A DNA stretch of 64,000 nucleotides, taken from contig OX597841.1 of the NCBI GenBank assembly GCA_951406725.2, positions 9,300,001-9,364,000 on the forward strand. Direction: 5' to 3'. The number at the start of each line of letters is the position of its first letter. Position 1 is the first letter of the stretch. The stretch is from Octopus vulgaris (Eukaryota). The notes beneath the pieces were generated by a model, which saw only the letters and a list, made by a program, of their open reading frames with translations, was not told where the DNA came from and did not search any database. Of the stretch, positions 37,670-52,346 are shown piece after piece. A program made the position numbers and the translations under genes.

Positions 37670-38364
37670 GTCCGTGCTCTCTTTTGGCCCGTACTCTTTT
37701 GGTCAGCTCTATCATGTTGTGATCCGAGAGTAGTGTCGGTGTCACTTTCACATTATGGATGAGATCCATGTCATTTGTGAAGCAGAGATCCAGTGTGTTA
37801 CCTGCCCTGGTTGGCTGGAGTATTACCTGCTCCATGTACAGGGTGTTGATGAGGTTCAGGAGGGACCTCGCCTGTCCTCGTTCACATCTTGTCATTCCTG
37901 GGAGAGAAAGGCCCTCGGGCCATCTGACACTGGGCAGATTGAAGTCTCCCATAAGAAGTACACTTATGTGTTGTTCTAATGTGGTTAGAACTTCTTCTAT
38001 TTTTATAAGGCAGTCTTCAAACTTGCCCACATGGCTTGGGGCATCTGGAGGGCGATATGTAGCACACACAACTACATCAAGTTGCCTAATATGTACAATT
38101 AGTGTGTCACACACCGAGTTTGAGTATGACAAGAGGACCTGGGGTGTGAGGTCCTCACGGATGTACATAGCAACACCTCCATGACTCCTTTCTTTTCTGT
38201 CGGTCCGTAGTACAGCATACTGTGGTATGTGTAACTCCGCATCTGCTATGTCCGGTTTCAGGTGCGTTTCCGTAAGTGCTATGCATAAGGCTTGATTGCA
38301 TGCAACAAAGTCTCTCAGGAACGGGATTTAGTCCTGTTACTGAGTGTTTGCAGCCCTCTGATGT

Positions 38365-39095
38365 TCAGTAGGAGCATCGAGGTGAGGTGTACGTTGTTGC
38401 CGGCGGTGTCCATCCTGGGTCTGTTTGCTGTGGTGGTCTTGTATATAGTGGGTAGTCCCACCTGCGGGCTTGGGTTTGATGAAGCCAGGTCAGCTGCTGT
38501 ACAATCTTTTGTGCCATGCACAAAAAAGATTGTTGCTCAGCAGCTGCCCTTTCGACAACATCATGTTGGCGGTTTGTGGCACGCACAACATCTGCGTACC
38601 TCCGCTTTGGGGCAGGTGGTGCGTGGTCCATCCTTTTTCCTTGTGTTGATGGTTTGTCCATCTGCCTCGTGTCTCTGTGGCAGGGTCCCCGATGTGCAAA
38701 GCGGCAGCCTGCACCTTGCTTTCCATGCCAGCAGGAACCTCTCAGGTAGAACCTACACACCCGTGTGCGCTGTTTGTTTCCATCTTTTGCGGTTCCACTT
38801 CTATTCCTGGTTGTTTCACCCTTTGGTCCTGCTTGAGCTTTTCCTTTAGCTCTTCCAGTCCTTCTTTTAGTTCTTACTCCTCCCTCTACCTCTTCACCGG
38901 GTTCTCCGTCTCCATGGCCCTTGCTGCCGGTTGGAGAACTTGCACCTGGGATCACTACCCGGGCAGGTTTCTCACTCAAAACCTCCTCCCGGGAATCCAC
39001 CAGGTGGGGGTGACTTCTTTCATCGTCTCCATTCTTGCCATCTTTGCCCCGCTCGTTCTCAAAGATGGCATCAAGTGCGCCAATGTGCGACCGGT
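38365..39095 (-). CDS. LINE ORF1 C-terminal part with CCCH-type zinc finger
   Basis: CRFYLRGSCWHGKQGAGCRFAH (C-x7-C-x8-C-x3-H). The frame is open up to the unit junction with no upstream in-frame ATG. Confidence 0.7.
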
Positions 39096-39954
39096 AACGG
39101 TTAAAAACATGGATGACACAGGCGCCCTATGGCTTTAACACAAAAAGAGAGACACAAAAACAATATCAGCAAGCGTGGAAAAATAATTACCTTTTCGGTG
39201 ATAAGACACATGTTGAACAAGTGGCCGATGGAAAGAGAATGGCTGAGGCAGCAAGTCGCAAGAGGGTAAGAGAGAGGAGGGGCTAAGAGAGAGAGGGGAC
39301 CAAGGAGGGTAGAAGGCGAGGACAGAAGCAGTGACCGAGAGAGAGAGAGGGAGAGAAGGAATCAGAGAAGAAGCAGTGATCAAGAGAGAGAGGGAGAGAA
39401 GGAATCAGAGAGGCTGGGAGAAAAAGGCGCCAAAACAATTTGGCAACGAAGCAATGGCGAAGGAAAGAAAATAGTTTAAAGACATCGTGCAGGGGTTTTG
39501 ATATGATAAACATAAAGAAGTTATTATGCACGTACGCTGCGAAATATATAATAAACCTTTACATAAATAAATAACGTGAAATACACGAAGGGACGAACAA
39601 AAAGACAAACGGGTCATTCAAAGCCTTCATCCTCAGTCAGAAACTGATCCCTCATCGCAGATTTCGGCTGTTTAATTCTGAGATCCGCTCCGAATCAGCC
39701 AGCCACAGAAGGAAAGAATGCAACGCAACAGAGACGAACATGAAACACACACACACATATATATACATACACACACACACATATATATACATACACACAT
39801 ACATATATATATATATGTATATAATAAACCTTTACATAAATAAATAATAACATATATATATATATATATACATACACACACACATATATATACATACACA
39901 CATACATATATATATATATGTATATAATAAACCTTTAGATAAATAAATAATAAC

Positions 39955-39985
<31 letters not shown>

Positions 39986-40979
39986 TATATATATATATGT
40001 ATATAATAAACCTTTGGATAAATAAATAATAACATATATATATATATATACATACACACACACATATATATACATGCAAACACAAACATATATACATACA
40101 CACACACACACATATATACATACACACATACATATATATATATATGTATATAATAACTTTTAGATAATTAAATAATAACACATATATATATATATATACA
40201 CATACACACACACATATATATACATACACACATATATATATATATGTATATAATAAACCTTTAGATAAATAAATAATAACATATATATATATATATACAC
40301 ACACACACATATATATATATATGTATATAATAAGCCTTTAGATAAATAAATAATAACATATATATATATATATACATACACACACGCATATATACACATA
40401 CACACACACATATATATACATGCACACACACACATATATATACATACACACACACACACATATATACATACACACACACACAAACACACATGTATATACT
40501 TACACACACACACACACATATATATACATACACACACAAACACACATATATATACATACACACATATATATATATACATACACACACACATACATATATA
40601 CATACACACACATATATACATACACACACACACACATATATATATACATACACACACACATATATATATACATACACACATATATATATATACATACATA
40701 CATACATACATATATACATACATACACATATATATATATATATAATATATATATATATATAATAAACATTTACATAAATAAATAACGTGAAATACACGAA
40801 GGGACGAACAAAAAGACAAACGGGTCATTCAAAGCCTTCATTCTTCAGTCAGAAACTGATCCCTCATCGCAGATTTCGGCCGTTCAATTCTGAGATCCGC
40901 TCTGAATCAGCCAGCCACAGAAGGAAAGAATGCAACGCAACAGAGACGAACATGAAACGAAAAATCTTTTTTGGAGACA

Positions 40980-43900
40980 TGATTGATTGATTGATCGATT
41001 GATTCTAGTTTCAGCTTATGAGCTGTGGCCATGCTGGGGCACCGCCATTTGGTGTTGCTACTTGGTTTTACTTCACGAAAGCTTTTTAGCAACTGCCATT
41101 TGGTGCATGAGAGAGTTCGATGCAGCTGCCCTCATCTGCACCTCCTGCCGTGAAGTTGGTTCATCTGGGACACCTGACAGGAAGAGATCCAGTTTCATTT
41201 TAAAGACATCTGCATCCACCCCATGCAGGTCTCTCAGGTTCTTCGGGAGGATATTGAAGAGCTGTGGGCCTCGGAAGCCCAGGCTATCACAGAATCTTGT
41301 CCTACATCTTGATGGCGAGTTTGGAGTCCTAGGCACCACGCAGTGGCACCCAGTTCTGGCATTTGCATAACTCTCGATGCCAAAGTTTAGGACACGTCCC
41401 TCCAGGATCTTCCAGATGTATATTATGGCATATCTTTCCCGCCTACCCCAGGGAATACAGTTTTAATCTCTTCAGTCTTTCCCAGTAGCTTACATTCTGC
41501 ATAGAGGCTATCTTCTTCGTGTAGCTACGTTGGATCGCCTCGAGCTCTGTGATCAACTTGACACTGGATGGTGACCATAACTGAGAGCAGTAGTCAAAGT
41601 GGCTTAGGACAAGTGTCCTCCAGAGGACCATCATGGTTTCTTGTTCTCTTGTTCTAAAGGTTCTGAGGATCCATCCGGCCAGTCTTCTACATTTCATTGC
41701 CAATTTAGCAACATGTACACGAAAGGTCGCGTCATCACTCATGTAAATACCTAGGTCACGCACTGATTGTGCCTCTGGGATTGCTATTCCTCCGGGTCCG
41801 GTGTATTCATTGGGTATTGCATTTAGTTTTGCATGCTGATAGTATAGAGCTTGAAACTTTTCAGCATTGAACTGCATGCTATTCTTTTCAGCCCACTTGT
41901 ATATTTTGTCCAGCTCACATTGCAGGTGCTTAGTGTCCTCAGGGTTCTGTATTGCCTGTGAAACTTTTGTATCATCTGCATAACTTGTGATCGTGGCTCT
42001 CTGCGTGGCTGAGGGCATGTCTGAGAGGGCCATTATGAACAGTAGTGGTCCCAGAACAGTGCCCTGCGGGACACCGCTCACTATTTGCGTGTTAATGGAA
42101 GTGGCCCCATTGGCTACTACCACCTGACTTCTATCTTTCAGAAAGTCATGGAGCCATTCTCCCAGTTTTCCAACTATGTTGAGATCACGCAGTTTGTGAC
42201 ATATCATTCCATGATCGACTTTATCAAAGGCCTTTGCAAAGTCGAGATATATCACTTCCACATTTGAGTGGTTGAGCAGCCGTTTCAGCACCCAGTCATA
42301 GTGTTGTAGGAGCTGAGTTAAACAGCTTCTCCCTGGTCGGAAACCATGTTGGGTGTCGGGCAGCAAGTCATTCTCTTCAAGGAAGGTGATCAGCTTCCTT
42401 CTGACTATTCGTTCCATGACCTTGCTGATGTGTGAGGTCAGAGAGATAGGTCTGTAGTTCTTGGCTTCCGCTCTGCTACCTCCTTTATGAATGGGGCATA
42501 TTTTACCTTCCTTCAGTTTTCTTGGAAGTTTGCCAGCTGCAAGGAAGCTCTGAAAGAGGAACTGCAGTGGTCTTGCTAGGACTCTCTTACATGCTTTTAG
42601 GAGGATTGCCGGGAATCCATCGGGGCCAGTAGCTGAGTCTGTTTTCATTTCATCTATAGCCTTGATTACATCGTCTTCCTTTATATCGATGTAATCTATC
42701 GTCGCCGCCTCTGATTTTATATCTGCAGTGGTAAAAAAAGTCAGTTGGTTTGGTGATTTGGAGATGCCCAAGGGGTGGAGTGAAAACACTCTTGAATTTC
42801 TCATTCAGTATTTCACTTACCCTCATTGGTTTTCCTGTAAGTGTGCCATCCTTTTCGAGGAGTGGCCCTATTCTACAGTGCACCGTAGCTGTTTCTTTGG
42901 CATACATGTAGAAAGCTCTGGGGTTAGATTTTATGTTGTCTATAGCCCAGGCTTCTTTGTCTGCTCTTTCCTTTTCATGAGAGAGTTGCAGACATTTTTC
43001 GATTTCCAACAGTTTTATTTTTAGGCGGGACTTTTCACTGCTTTCAATCTGTTTGCTTAGGCGATTTGAAAATTTTGTACGCCGTCTCATTAAAATTTTC
43101 CTCTCTCTGGGGATTTTGTTCTTGTGTACAGTGGCCTTTCTCTCTGGGACACATTTGTAGCATATGGCTTGCATTATAGACATGAATTGTTGAAGTTTCA
43201 CGTCGATGTCTGGCGAGGAGAGACATTTAGGCCAGTTTTGTTTGAGGATCTCTTTCTCAATTTGTTTCCAGTTTGCCTTATGGTAGTTCAAGCTGGAAAG
43301 ATTCTGAGGGTTTCTTGTAGGCTGCATGTCCGTGCTCTCTTTTGGCCCGTACTCTTTTGGTCAGCTCTATCATGTTGTGATCCGAGAGTAGTGTCGGTGT
43401 CACTTTCACATTATAGATGAGATCCATGTCATTTGTGAAGCAGAGATCCAGTGTGTTACCTGCCCTGGTTGGCTGGAGTATTACCTGCTCCATGTACAGG
43501 GTGTTGATGAGGTTCAGGAGGGACCTCGCCTGTCCTCGTTCACATCTTGTCATTCCTGGGAGAGAAAGGCCCTCGGGCCATCTGACACTGGGCAGATTGA
43601 AGTCTCCCATAAGAAGTACACTTATGTGTTGTTCTAATGTGGTTAGAACTTCTTCTATTTTTATAAGGCAGTCTTCAAACTTGCCCACATGGCTTGGGGC
43701 ATCTGGAGGGCGATATGTAGCACACACAACTACATCAAGTTGCCTAATATGTACAATTAGTGTGTCACACACCGAGTTTGAGTATGACAAGAGGACCTGG
43801 GGTGTGAGGTCCTCACGGATGTACATAGCAACACCTCCATGACTCCTTTCTTTTCTGTCGGTCCGTAGTACAGCATACTGTGGTATGTGTAACTCCGCAT

Positions 43901-44754
43901 CTGCTATGTCCGGTTTCAGGTGCGTTTCCGTAAGTGCTATGCATAAGGCTTGATTGCATGCAACAAAGTCTCTCAGGAACGGGATTTTTGTCCTGTTACT
44001 GAGTGTTTGCAGCCCTCTGATGTTCAGTAGGAGCATCGAGGTGAGGTGTACGTTGTTGCCGGCGGTGTCCATCCTGGGTCTGTTTGCTGTGGTGGTCTTG
44101 TATATAGTGGGTAGTCCCACCTGCGGGCTTGGGTTTGATGAAGCCAGGTCAGCTGCTGTACAATCTTTTGTGCCATGCACAAAAAAGATTGTTGCTCAGC
44201 AGCTGCCCTTTCGACAACATCATGTTGGCGGTTTGTGGCACGCACAACATCTGCGTACCTCCGCTTTGGGGCAGGTGGTGCGTGGTCCATCCTTTTTCCT
44301 TGTGTTGATGGTTTGTCCATCTGCCTCGTGTCTCTGTGGCAGGGTCCCCGATGTGCAAAGCGGCAGCCTGCACCTTGCTTTCCATGCCAGCAGGAACCTC
44401 TCAGGTAGAACCTACACACCCGTGTGCGCTGTTTGTTTCCATCTTTTGCGGTTCCACTTCTATTCCTGGTTGTTTCACCCTTTGGTCCTGCTTGAGCTTT
44501 TCCTTTAGCTCTTCCAGTCCTTCTTTTAGTTCTTCCTCCTCCCTCTACCTCTTCACCGGGTTCTCCGTCTCCATGGCCCTTGCTGCCGGTTGGAGAACTT
44601 GCACCTGGGATCACTACCCGGGCAGGTTTCTCACTCAAAACCTCCTCCCGGGAATCCACCAGGTGGGGGTGACTTCTTTCATCGTCTCCATTCTTGCCAT
44701 CTTTGCCCCGCTCGTTCTCAAAGATGGCATCAAGTGCGCCAATGTGCGACCGGT
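40980..44754 (-). mobile_element. LINE copy 2
   Basis: ORFs 44024-44659, 43278-44180, 42650-43327, 41443-42804. Extra small deletion near 41447. Confidence 0.95.
43278..44180 (-). CDS. LINE apurinic-like endonuclease ORF (300 aa), copy 2; equivalents at 48967-49845, 54647-55549, 60310-61212
   Basis: LLNIRGL, IALTETHL, GGVAMYI, YRPP, MGDFN, NTLDLCF, SDHN. Confidence 0.9.
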   Translation of the reverse strand: MHGTKDCTAADLASSNPSPQVGLPTIYKTTTANRPRMDTAGNNVHLTSMLLLNIRGLQTLSNRTKIPFLRDFVACNQALCIALTETHLKPDIADAELHIPQYAVLRTDRKERSHGGVAMYIREDLTPQVLLSYSNSVCDTLIVHIRQLDVVVCATYRPPDAPSHVGKFEDCLIKIEEVLTTLEQHISVLLMGDFNLPSVRWPEGLSLPGMTRCERGQARSLLNLINTLYMEQVILQPTRAGNTLDLCFTNDMDLIYNVKVTPTLLSDHNMIELTKRVRAKREHGHAAYKKPSESFQLELP

Positions 44755-45510
44755 AACGGTTAAAAACATGGATGACACAGGCGCCCTATGGCTTTAACAC
44801 AAAAAGAGAGACACAAAAACAATATCAGCAAGCGTGGAAAAATAATTACCTTTTCGGTGATAAGACACATGTTGAACAAGTGGCCGATGGAAAGAGAATG
44901 GCTGAGGCAGCAAGTCGCAAGAGGGTAAGAGAGAGGAGGGGCTAAGAGAGAGAGGGGACCAAGGAGGGTAGAAGGCGAGGACAGAAGCAGTGACCGAGAG
45001 AGAGAGAGGGAGAGAAGGAATCAGAGAAGAAGCAGTGATCAAGAGAGAGAGGGAGAGAAGGAATCAGAGAGGCTGGGAGAAAAAGGCGCCAAAACAATTT
45101 GGCAACGAAGCAATGGCGAAGGAAAGAAAATAGTTTAAAGACATCGTGCAGGGGTTTTGATATGATAAACATAAAGAAGTTATTATGCACGTACGCTGCG
45201 AAATATATAATAAACCTTTACATAAATAACTAACGTGAAATACACGAAGGGACGAACAAAAAGACAAACGGGTCATTCAAAGCCTTCATCCTCAGTCAGA
45301 AACTGATCCCTCATCGCAGATTTCGGCTGTTTAATTCTGAGATCCGCTCCGAATCAGCCAGCCACAGAAGGAAAGAATGCAACGCAACAGAGACGAACAT
45401 GAAACACACACACACATATATATACATACACACACACACATATATATACATACACACATACATATATATATATATGTATATAATAAACCTTTACATAAAT
45501 AAATAATAAC

Positions 45511-45541
<31 letters not shown>

Positions 45542-45611
45542 TATATATACATACACACATACATATATATATATATGTATATAATAAACCTTTAGATAAA
45601 TAAATAATAAC

Positions 45612-45642
<31 letters not shown>

Positions 45643-46643
45643 TATATATATATATGTATATAATAAACCTTTGGATAAATAAATAATAACATATATATAT
45701 ATATATACATACACACACACATATATATACATGCACACACAAACATATATACATACACACACACACACATATATACATACACACATACATATATATATAT
45801 ATGTATATAATAACTTTTAGATAATTAAATAATAACACATATATATATATATATACACATACACACACACATATATATACATACACACATATATATATAT
45901 ATGTATATAATAAACCTTTAGATAAATAAATAATAACATATATATATATATATACACACACACACATATATATATATATGTATATAATAAGCCTTTAGAT
46001 AAATAAATAATAACATATATATATATATATATACATACACACACGCATATATACACATACACACACACATATATATACATGCACACACACACATATATAT
46101 ACATACACACACACACACATATATACATACACACACACACAAACACACATGTATATACTTACACACACACACACACATATATATACATACACACACAAAC
46201 ACACATATATATACATACACACATATATATATATACATACACACACACATACATATATACATACACACACATATATACATACACACACACACATATATAT
46301 ATATACATACACACACACATATATATATACATACACACATATATATATATACATACATACATACATACATATATACATACATACACATATATATATATAT
46401 ATATATATAATATATATATATATATAATAAACATTTACATAAATAAATAACGTGAAATACACGAAGGGACGAACAAAAATACAAACGGGTCATTCAAAGC
46501 CTTCATTCTTCAGTCAGAAACTGATCCCTCATCGCAGATTTCGGCCGTTCAATTCTGAGATCCGCTCCGAATCAGCCAGCCACAGAAGGAAAGAATGCAA
46601 CGCAACAGAGACGAACATGAAACGAAAAATCTTTTTGGAGACA

Positions 46644-49600
46644 TGATTGATTGATTGATCGATTGATTCTAGTTTCAGCTTATGAGCTGTGGCCATGCTG
46701 GGGCACCGCCATTTGGTGTTGCTACTTGGTTTTACTTCACGAAAGCTTTTTAGCAACTGCCATTTGGTGCATGAGAGAGTTCGATGCAGCTGCCCTCATC
46801 TGCACCTCCTGCCGTGAAGTTGGTTCATCTGGGACACCTGACAGGAAGAGATCCAGTTTCATTTTAAAGACATCTGCATCCACCCCATGCAGGTCTCTCA
46901 GGTTCTTCGGGAGGATATTGAAGAGCTGTGGGCCTCGGAAGCCCAGGCTATCACAGAATCTTGTCCTACATCTTGATGGCGAGTTTGGAGTCCTAGGCAC
47001 CACGCAGTGGCGCCCAGTTCTGGCATTTGCGTAACTCTCGATGCCAAAGTTTAGGACACGTCCCTCCAGGATCTTCCAGATGTATATTATGGCATATCTT
47101 TCCCGCCTACGCTCCAGGGAATACAGTTTTAATCTCTTCAGTCTTTCCCAGTAGCTTACATTCTGCATAGAGGCTATCTTCTTCGTGTAGCTACGTTGGA
47201 TCGCCTCGAGCTCTGTGATCAACTTGACACTGGATGGTGACCATAACTGAGAGCAGTAGTCAAAGTGGCTTAGGACAAGTGTCCTCCAGAGGACCATCAT
47301 GGTTTCTTGTTCTCTTGTTCTAAAGGTTCTGAGGATCCATCCGGCCAGTCTTCTACATTTCATTGCCAATTTAGCAACATGTACACGAAAGGTCGCGTCA
47401 TCACTCATGTAAATACCTAGGTCACGCACTGATTGTGCCTCTGGGATTGCTATTCCTCCGGGTCCGGTGTATTCATTGGGTATTGCATTTAGTTTTGCAT
47501 GCTGATAGTATAGAGCTTGAAACTTTTCAGCATTGAACTGCATGCTATTCTTTTCAGCCCACTTGTATATTTTGTCCAGCTCACATTGCAGGTGCTTAGT
47601 GTCCTCAGGGTTCTGTATTGCCTGTGAAACTTTTGTATCATCTGCATAACTTGTGATCGTGGCTCTTTGCGTGGCTGAGGGCATGTCTGAGAGGGCCATT
47701 ATGAACAGTAGTGGTCCCAGAACAGTGCCCTGCGGGACACCGCTCACTATTTGCGTGTTAATGGAAGTGGCCCCATTGGCTACTACCACCTGACTTCTAT
47801 CTTTCAGAAAGTCATGGAGCCATTCTCCCAGTTTTCCAACTATGTTGAGATCACGCAGTTTGTGACATATCATTCCATGATCGACTTTATCAAAGGCCTT
47901 TGCAAAGTCGAGATATATCACTTCCACATTTGAGTGGTTGAGCAGCCGTTTCAGCACCCAGTCATAGTGTTGTAGGAGCTGAGTTAAACAGCTTCTCCCT
48001 GGTCGGAAACCATGTTGGGTGTCGGGCAGCAAGTCATTCTCTTCAAGGAAGGTGATCAGCTTCCTTCTGACTATTCGTTCCATGACCTTGCTGATGTGTG
48101 AGGTCAGAGAGATAGGTCTGTAGTTCTTGGCTTCCGCTCTGCTACCTCCTTTATGAATGGGGCATATTTTACCTTCCTTCAGTTTTCTTGGAAGTTTGCC
48201 AGCTGCAAGGAAGCTCTGAAAGAGGAACTGCAGTGGTCTTGCTAGGACTCTCTTACATGCTTTTAGGAGGATTGCCGGGAATCCATCGGGGCCAGTAGCT
48301 GAGTCTGTTTTCATTTCATCTATAGCCTTGATTACATCGTCTTCCTTTATATCGATGTAATCTATCGTCGCCGCCTCTGATTTTATATCTGCAGTGGTAA
48401 AAAAAGTCAGTTGGATTGGTGATTTGAGATGCCCAAGGGGTGGAGTGAAAACACTCTTGAATTGCTCATTCAGTATTTCACTTACCCTCATTGGTTTTCC
48501 TGTAAGTGTGCCATCCTTTTCGAGGAGTGGCCCTATTCTACAGTGCACCGTAGCTGTTTCTTTGGCATACCTGTAGAAAGCTCTGGGGTTAGATTTTATG
48601 TTGTCTATAGCCCAGGCTTCTTTGTCTGCTCTTTCTTTTTCATGAGAGAGTTGCAGACATTTTTCGATTTCCAACAGTTTTATTTTTAGGCGGGACTTTT
48701 CACTGCTTTCAATCTGTTTGCTTAGGCGATTTGAAAATTTTGTACGCCGTCTCATTAAAATTTTCCTCTCTCTGGGGATTTTGTTCTTGTGTACAGTGGC
48801 CTTTCTCTCTGGGACACATTTGTAGCATATGGCTTGCATTACAGACATGAATTGTTGAAGTTTCACGTCGATGTCTGGCGAGGAGAGACATTTAGGCCAG
48901 TTTTGTTTGAGGATCTCTTTCTCAATTTGTTTCCAGTTTGCCTTATGGTAGTTCAAGCTGGAAAGATTATGAGGGTTTCTTGTAGGCTGCATGTCCGTGC
49001 TCTCTTTTGGCCCGTACTCTTTTGGTCAGCTCTATCATGTTGTGATCCGAGAGTAGTGTCGGTGTCACTTTCACATTATGGATGAGATCCATGTCATTTG
49101 TGAAGCAGAGATCCAGTGTGTTACCTGCCCTGGTTGGTTGGAGTATTACCTGCTCCATGTACAGGGTGTTGATGAGGTTCAGGAGGGACCTCGCCTGTCC
49201 TCGTTCACATCTTGTCATTCCTGGGAGAGAAAGGCCCTCGGGCCATCTGACACTGGGCAGATTGAAGTCTCCCATAAGAAGTACACTTATGTGTTGTTCT
49301 AATGTGGTTAGAACTTCTTCTATTTTTATAAGGCAGTCTTCAAACTTGCCCACATGGCTTGGGGCATCTGGAGGGCGATATGTAGCACACACAACTACAT
49401 CAAGTTGCCTAATATGTACAATTAGTGTGTCACACACCGAGTTTGAGTATGACAAGAGGACCTGGGGTGTGAGGTCCTCACGGATGTACATAGCAACACC
49501 TCCATGACTCCTTTCTTTTCTGTCGGTCCGTAGTACAGCATACTGTGGTATGTGTAACTCCGCATCTGCTATGTCCGGTTTCAGGTGCGTTTCCGTAAGT

Positions 49601-50418
49601 GCTATGCATAAGGCTTGATTGCATGCAACAAAGTCTCTCAGGAACGGGATTTTTGTCCTGTTACTGAGTGTTTGCAGCCCTCTGATGTTCAGTAGGAGCA
49701 TCGAGGTGAGGTGTACGTTGTTGCCGGCGGTGTCCATCCTGGGTCTGTTTGCTGTGGTGGTCTTGTATATAGTGGGTAGTCCCACCTGCGGGCTTGGGTT
49801 TGATGAAGCCAGGTCAGCTGCTGTACAATCTTTTGTGCCATGCACAAAAAAGATTGTTGCTCAGCAGCTGCCCTTTCGACAACATCATGTTGGCGGTTTG
49901 TGGCACGCACAACATCTGCGTACCTCCGCTTTGGGGCAGGTGGTGCGTGGTCCATCCTTTTTCCTTGTGTTGATGGTTTGTCCATCTGCCTCGTGTCTCT
50001 GTGGCAGGGTCCCCGATGTGCAAAGCGGCAGCCTGCACCTTGCTTTCCATGCCAGCAGGAACCTCTCAGGTAGAACCTACACACCCGTGTGCGCTGTTTG
50101 TTTCCATCTTTTGCGGTTCCACTTCTATTCCTGGTTGTTTCACCCTTTGGTCCTGCTTGAGCTTTTCCTTTAGCTCTTCCAGTCCTTCTTTTAGTTCTTC
50201 CTCCTCCCTCTACCTCTTCACCGGGTTCTCTGTCTCCCTGGCCCTTGCTGCCGGTTGGAGAACTTGCACCTGGGATCACTTCCGGGCAGGTTTCTCACTC
50301 AAAACCTCCTCCCGGGAATCCACCAGGTGGGGGTGACTTCTTTCATCGTCTCCATTCTTGCCATCTTTGCCCCGCTCGTTCTCAAAGATGGCATCAAGTG
50401 CGCCAATGTGCGACCGGT
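46644..50418 (-). mobile_element. LINE copy 3 (751-aa RT ORF 46737-48992)
   Basis: Near-identical to copy 1. Confidence 0.95.
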
Positions 50419-52051
50419 AACTGTTAAAAACATGGATGACACAGGCGCACTATGGTTTAACACAAAAAGCAAGACACAAAAACAATATCAGCAAGCGTGG
50501 AAAAATAATTACCATTTCGGTGATAAGACACATGTTGAACAAGTGGCCGATGGAAAGAGAATGGCTGAGGCAGCAAGTCGCAAGAGGGTAAGAGAGAGGA
50601 GGGGCTAAGAGAGAGAGGGGACCAAGGAGGGTAGAAGGCGAGGACAGAAGCAGTGACCGAGAGAGAGAGAGAGGGAGAGAAGGAATCAGAGAAGAAGCAG
50701 TGATCAAGAGAGAGAGGGAGAGAAGGAATCAGAGAGGCTGGGAGAAAAAGGCGCCAAAACAATTTGGCAACGAAGCAATGGCGAAGGAAAGAAAATAGTT
50801 TAAAGACATCGTGCGGGGGTTTTGATATGATAAACATAAAGAAGTTATTATGCACGTACGCTGCGAAATATATAATAAACCTTTACATAAATAAATAACG
50901 TGAAATACACGAAGGGACGAACAAAAAGACAAACGGGTCATTCAAAGCCTTCTCATCCTCAGTCAGTACCTGATCCCTCATCGCAGATTTCTTGGCTGTT
51001 TAATTCTGAGATCCGCTCCGAATCAGCCAGCCACAGAAGGAAAGAATGCAACGCAACAGAGACGAACATGAAACACACACACACATATATATACATACAC
51101 ACACACACATATATATACATACACACACACACACATATATATACATACACACACATACATATATATATATGTATATAATAAACCTTTACATAAATAAATA
51201 TTAACATACATATATATATATATATACACACACACATATATATACATACACACACATACACATATATATATATATGCATATAATAAGCTTTGGATAAATA
51301 AATAATAACATATATATATATACATATATACACACACACACATATATATATATATATGCATATAATAAACCTTTGGATAAATAAATAATAACATATATAT
51401 ATATATATACATACACACACACACATATATATACATGCACACACAAACATATATACATACACACACACACACACATATATACATACACACATACATATAT
51501 ATATATATGTATATAATAACTTTTAGATAATTAAATAATAACACATATATATATATATATACACATACACACACACATATATATACATACACACATATAT
51601 ATATATATGTATATAATAAACCTTTAGATAAATAAATAATAACATATATATATATATATACACACACACACATATATATATATATGTATATAATAAGCCT
51701 TTAGATAAATAAATAATAACATATATATATATATATACATACACACACGCATATATACACATACACACACACATATATATACATGCACACACACACATAT
51801 ATATACATACACACACACACACATATATACATACACACACACACAAACACACATGTATATACTTACACACACACACACACATATATATACATACACACAC
51901 AAACACACATATATATACATACACACATATATATATATACATACACACACACATACATATATACATACACACACTTATATACATACACACACACACATAT
52001 ATATATATACATACACACACACATATATATATACATACACACATAATATAT

Positions 52052-52082
<31 letters not shown>

Positions 52083-52089
52083 CATACAT

Positions 52090-52131
<42 letters not shown>

Positions 52132-52346
52132 AACATTTACATAAATAAATAACGTGAAATACACGAAGGGACGAACAAAAAGACAAACGGGTCATTCAAA
52201 GCCTTCATTCTTCAGTCAGAAACTGATCCCTCATCGCAGATTTCGGCCGTTCAATTCTGAGATCCGCTCCGAATCAGCCAGCCACAGAAGGAAAGAATGC
52301 AACGCAACAGAGACGAACATGAAACGAAAAATCTTTTTTGGAGACA

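Larger units (their letters stand above)
35321..39095 (-). mobile_element. CR1/L2-group LINE copy 1 (5'-truncated ORF1, APE endonuclease, RT, (CAAT)n tail)
   Basis: RT motifs NYRPISLTS, QHGFRPGRSC, YLDFAKAFD, SGVPQGTVLGPLLF, YADD. EN motifs LNIRGL, LTETHL, YRPP, GDFN, LDL, SDHN. Confidence 0.95.

Noticed and set aside
37759-39138. Plus-strand ORFs antisense to the LINE (141, 185, 153 aa)
   Set aside because: Shadow frames of the LINE coding sequence, conserved only because the units are near-identical.
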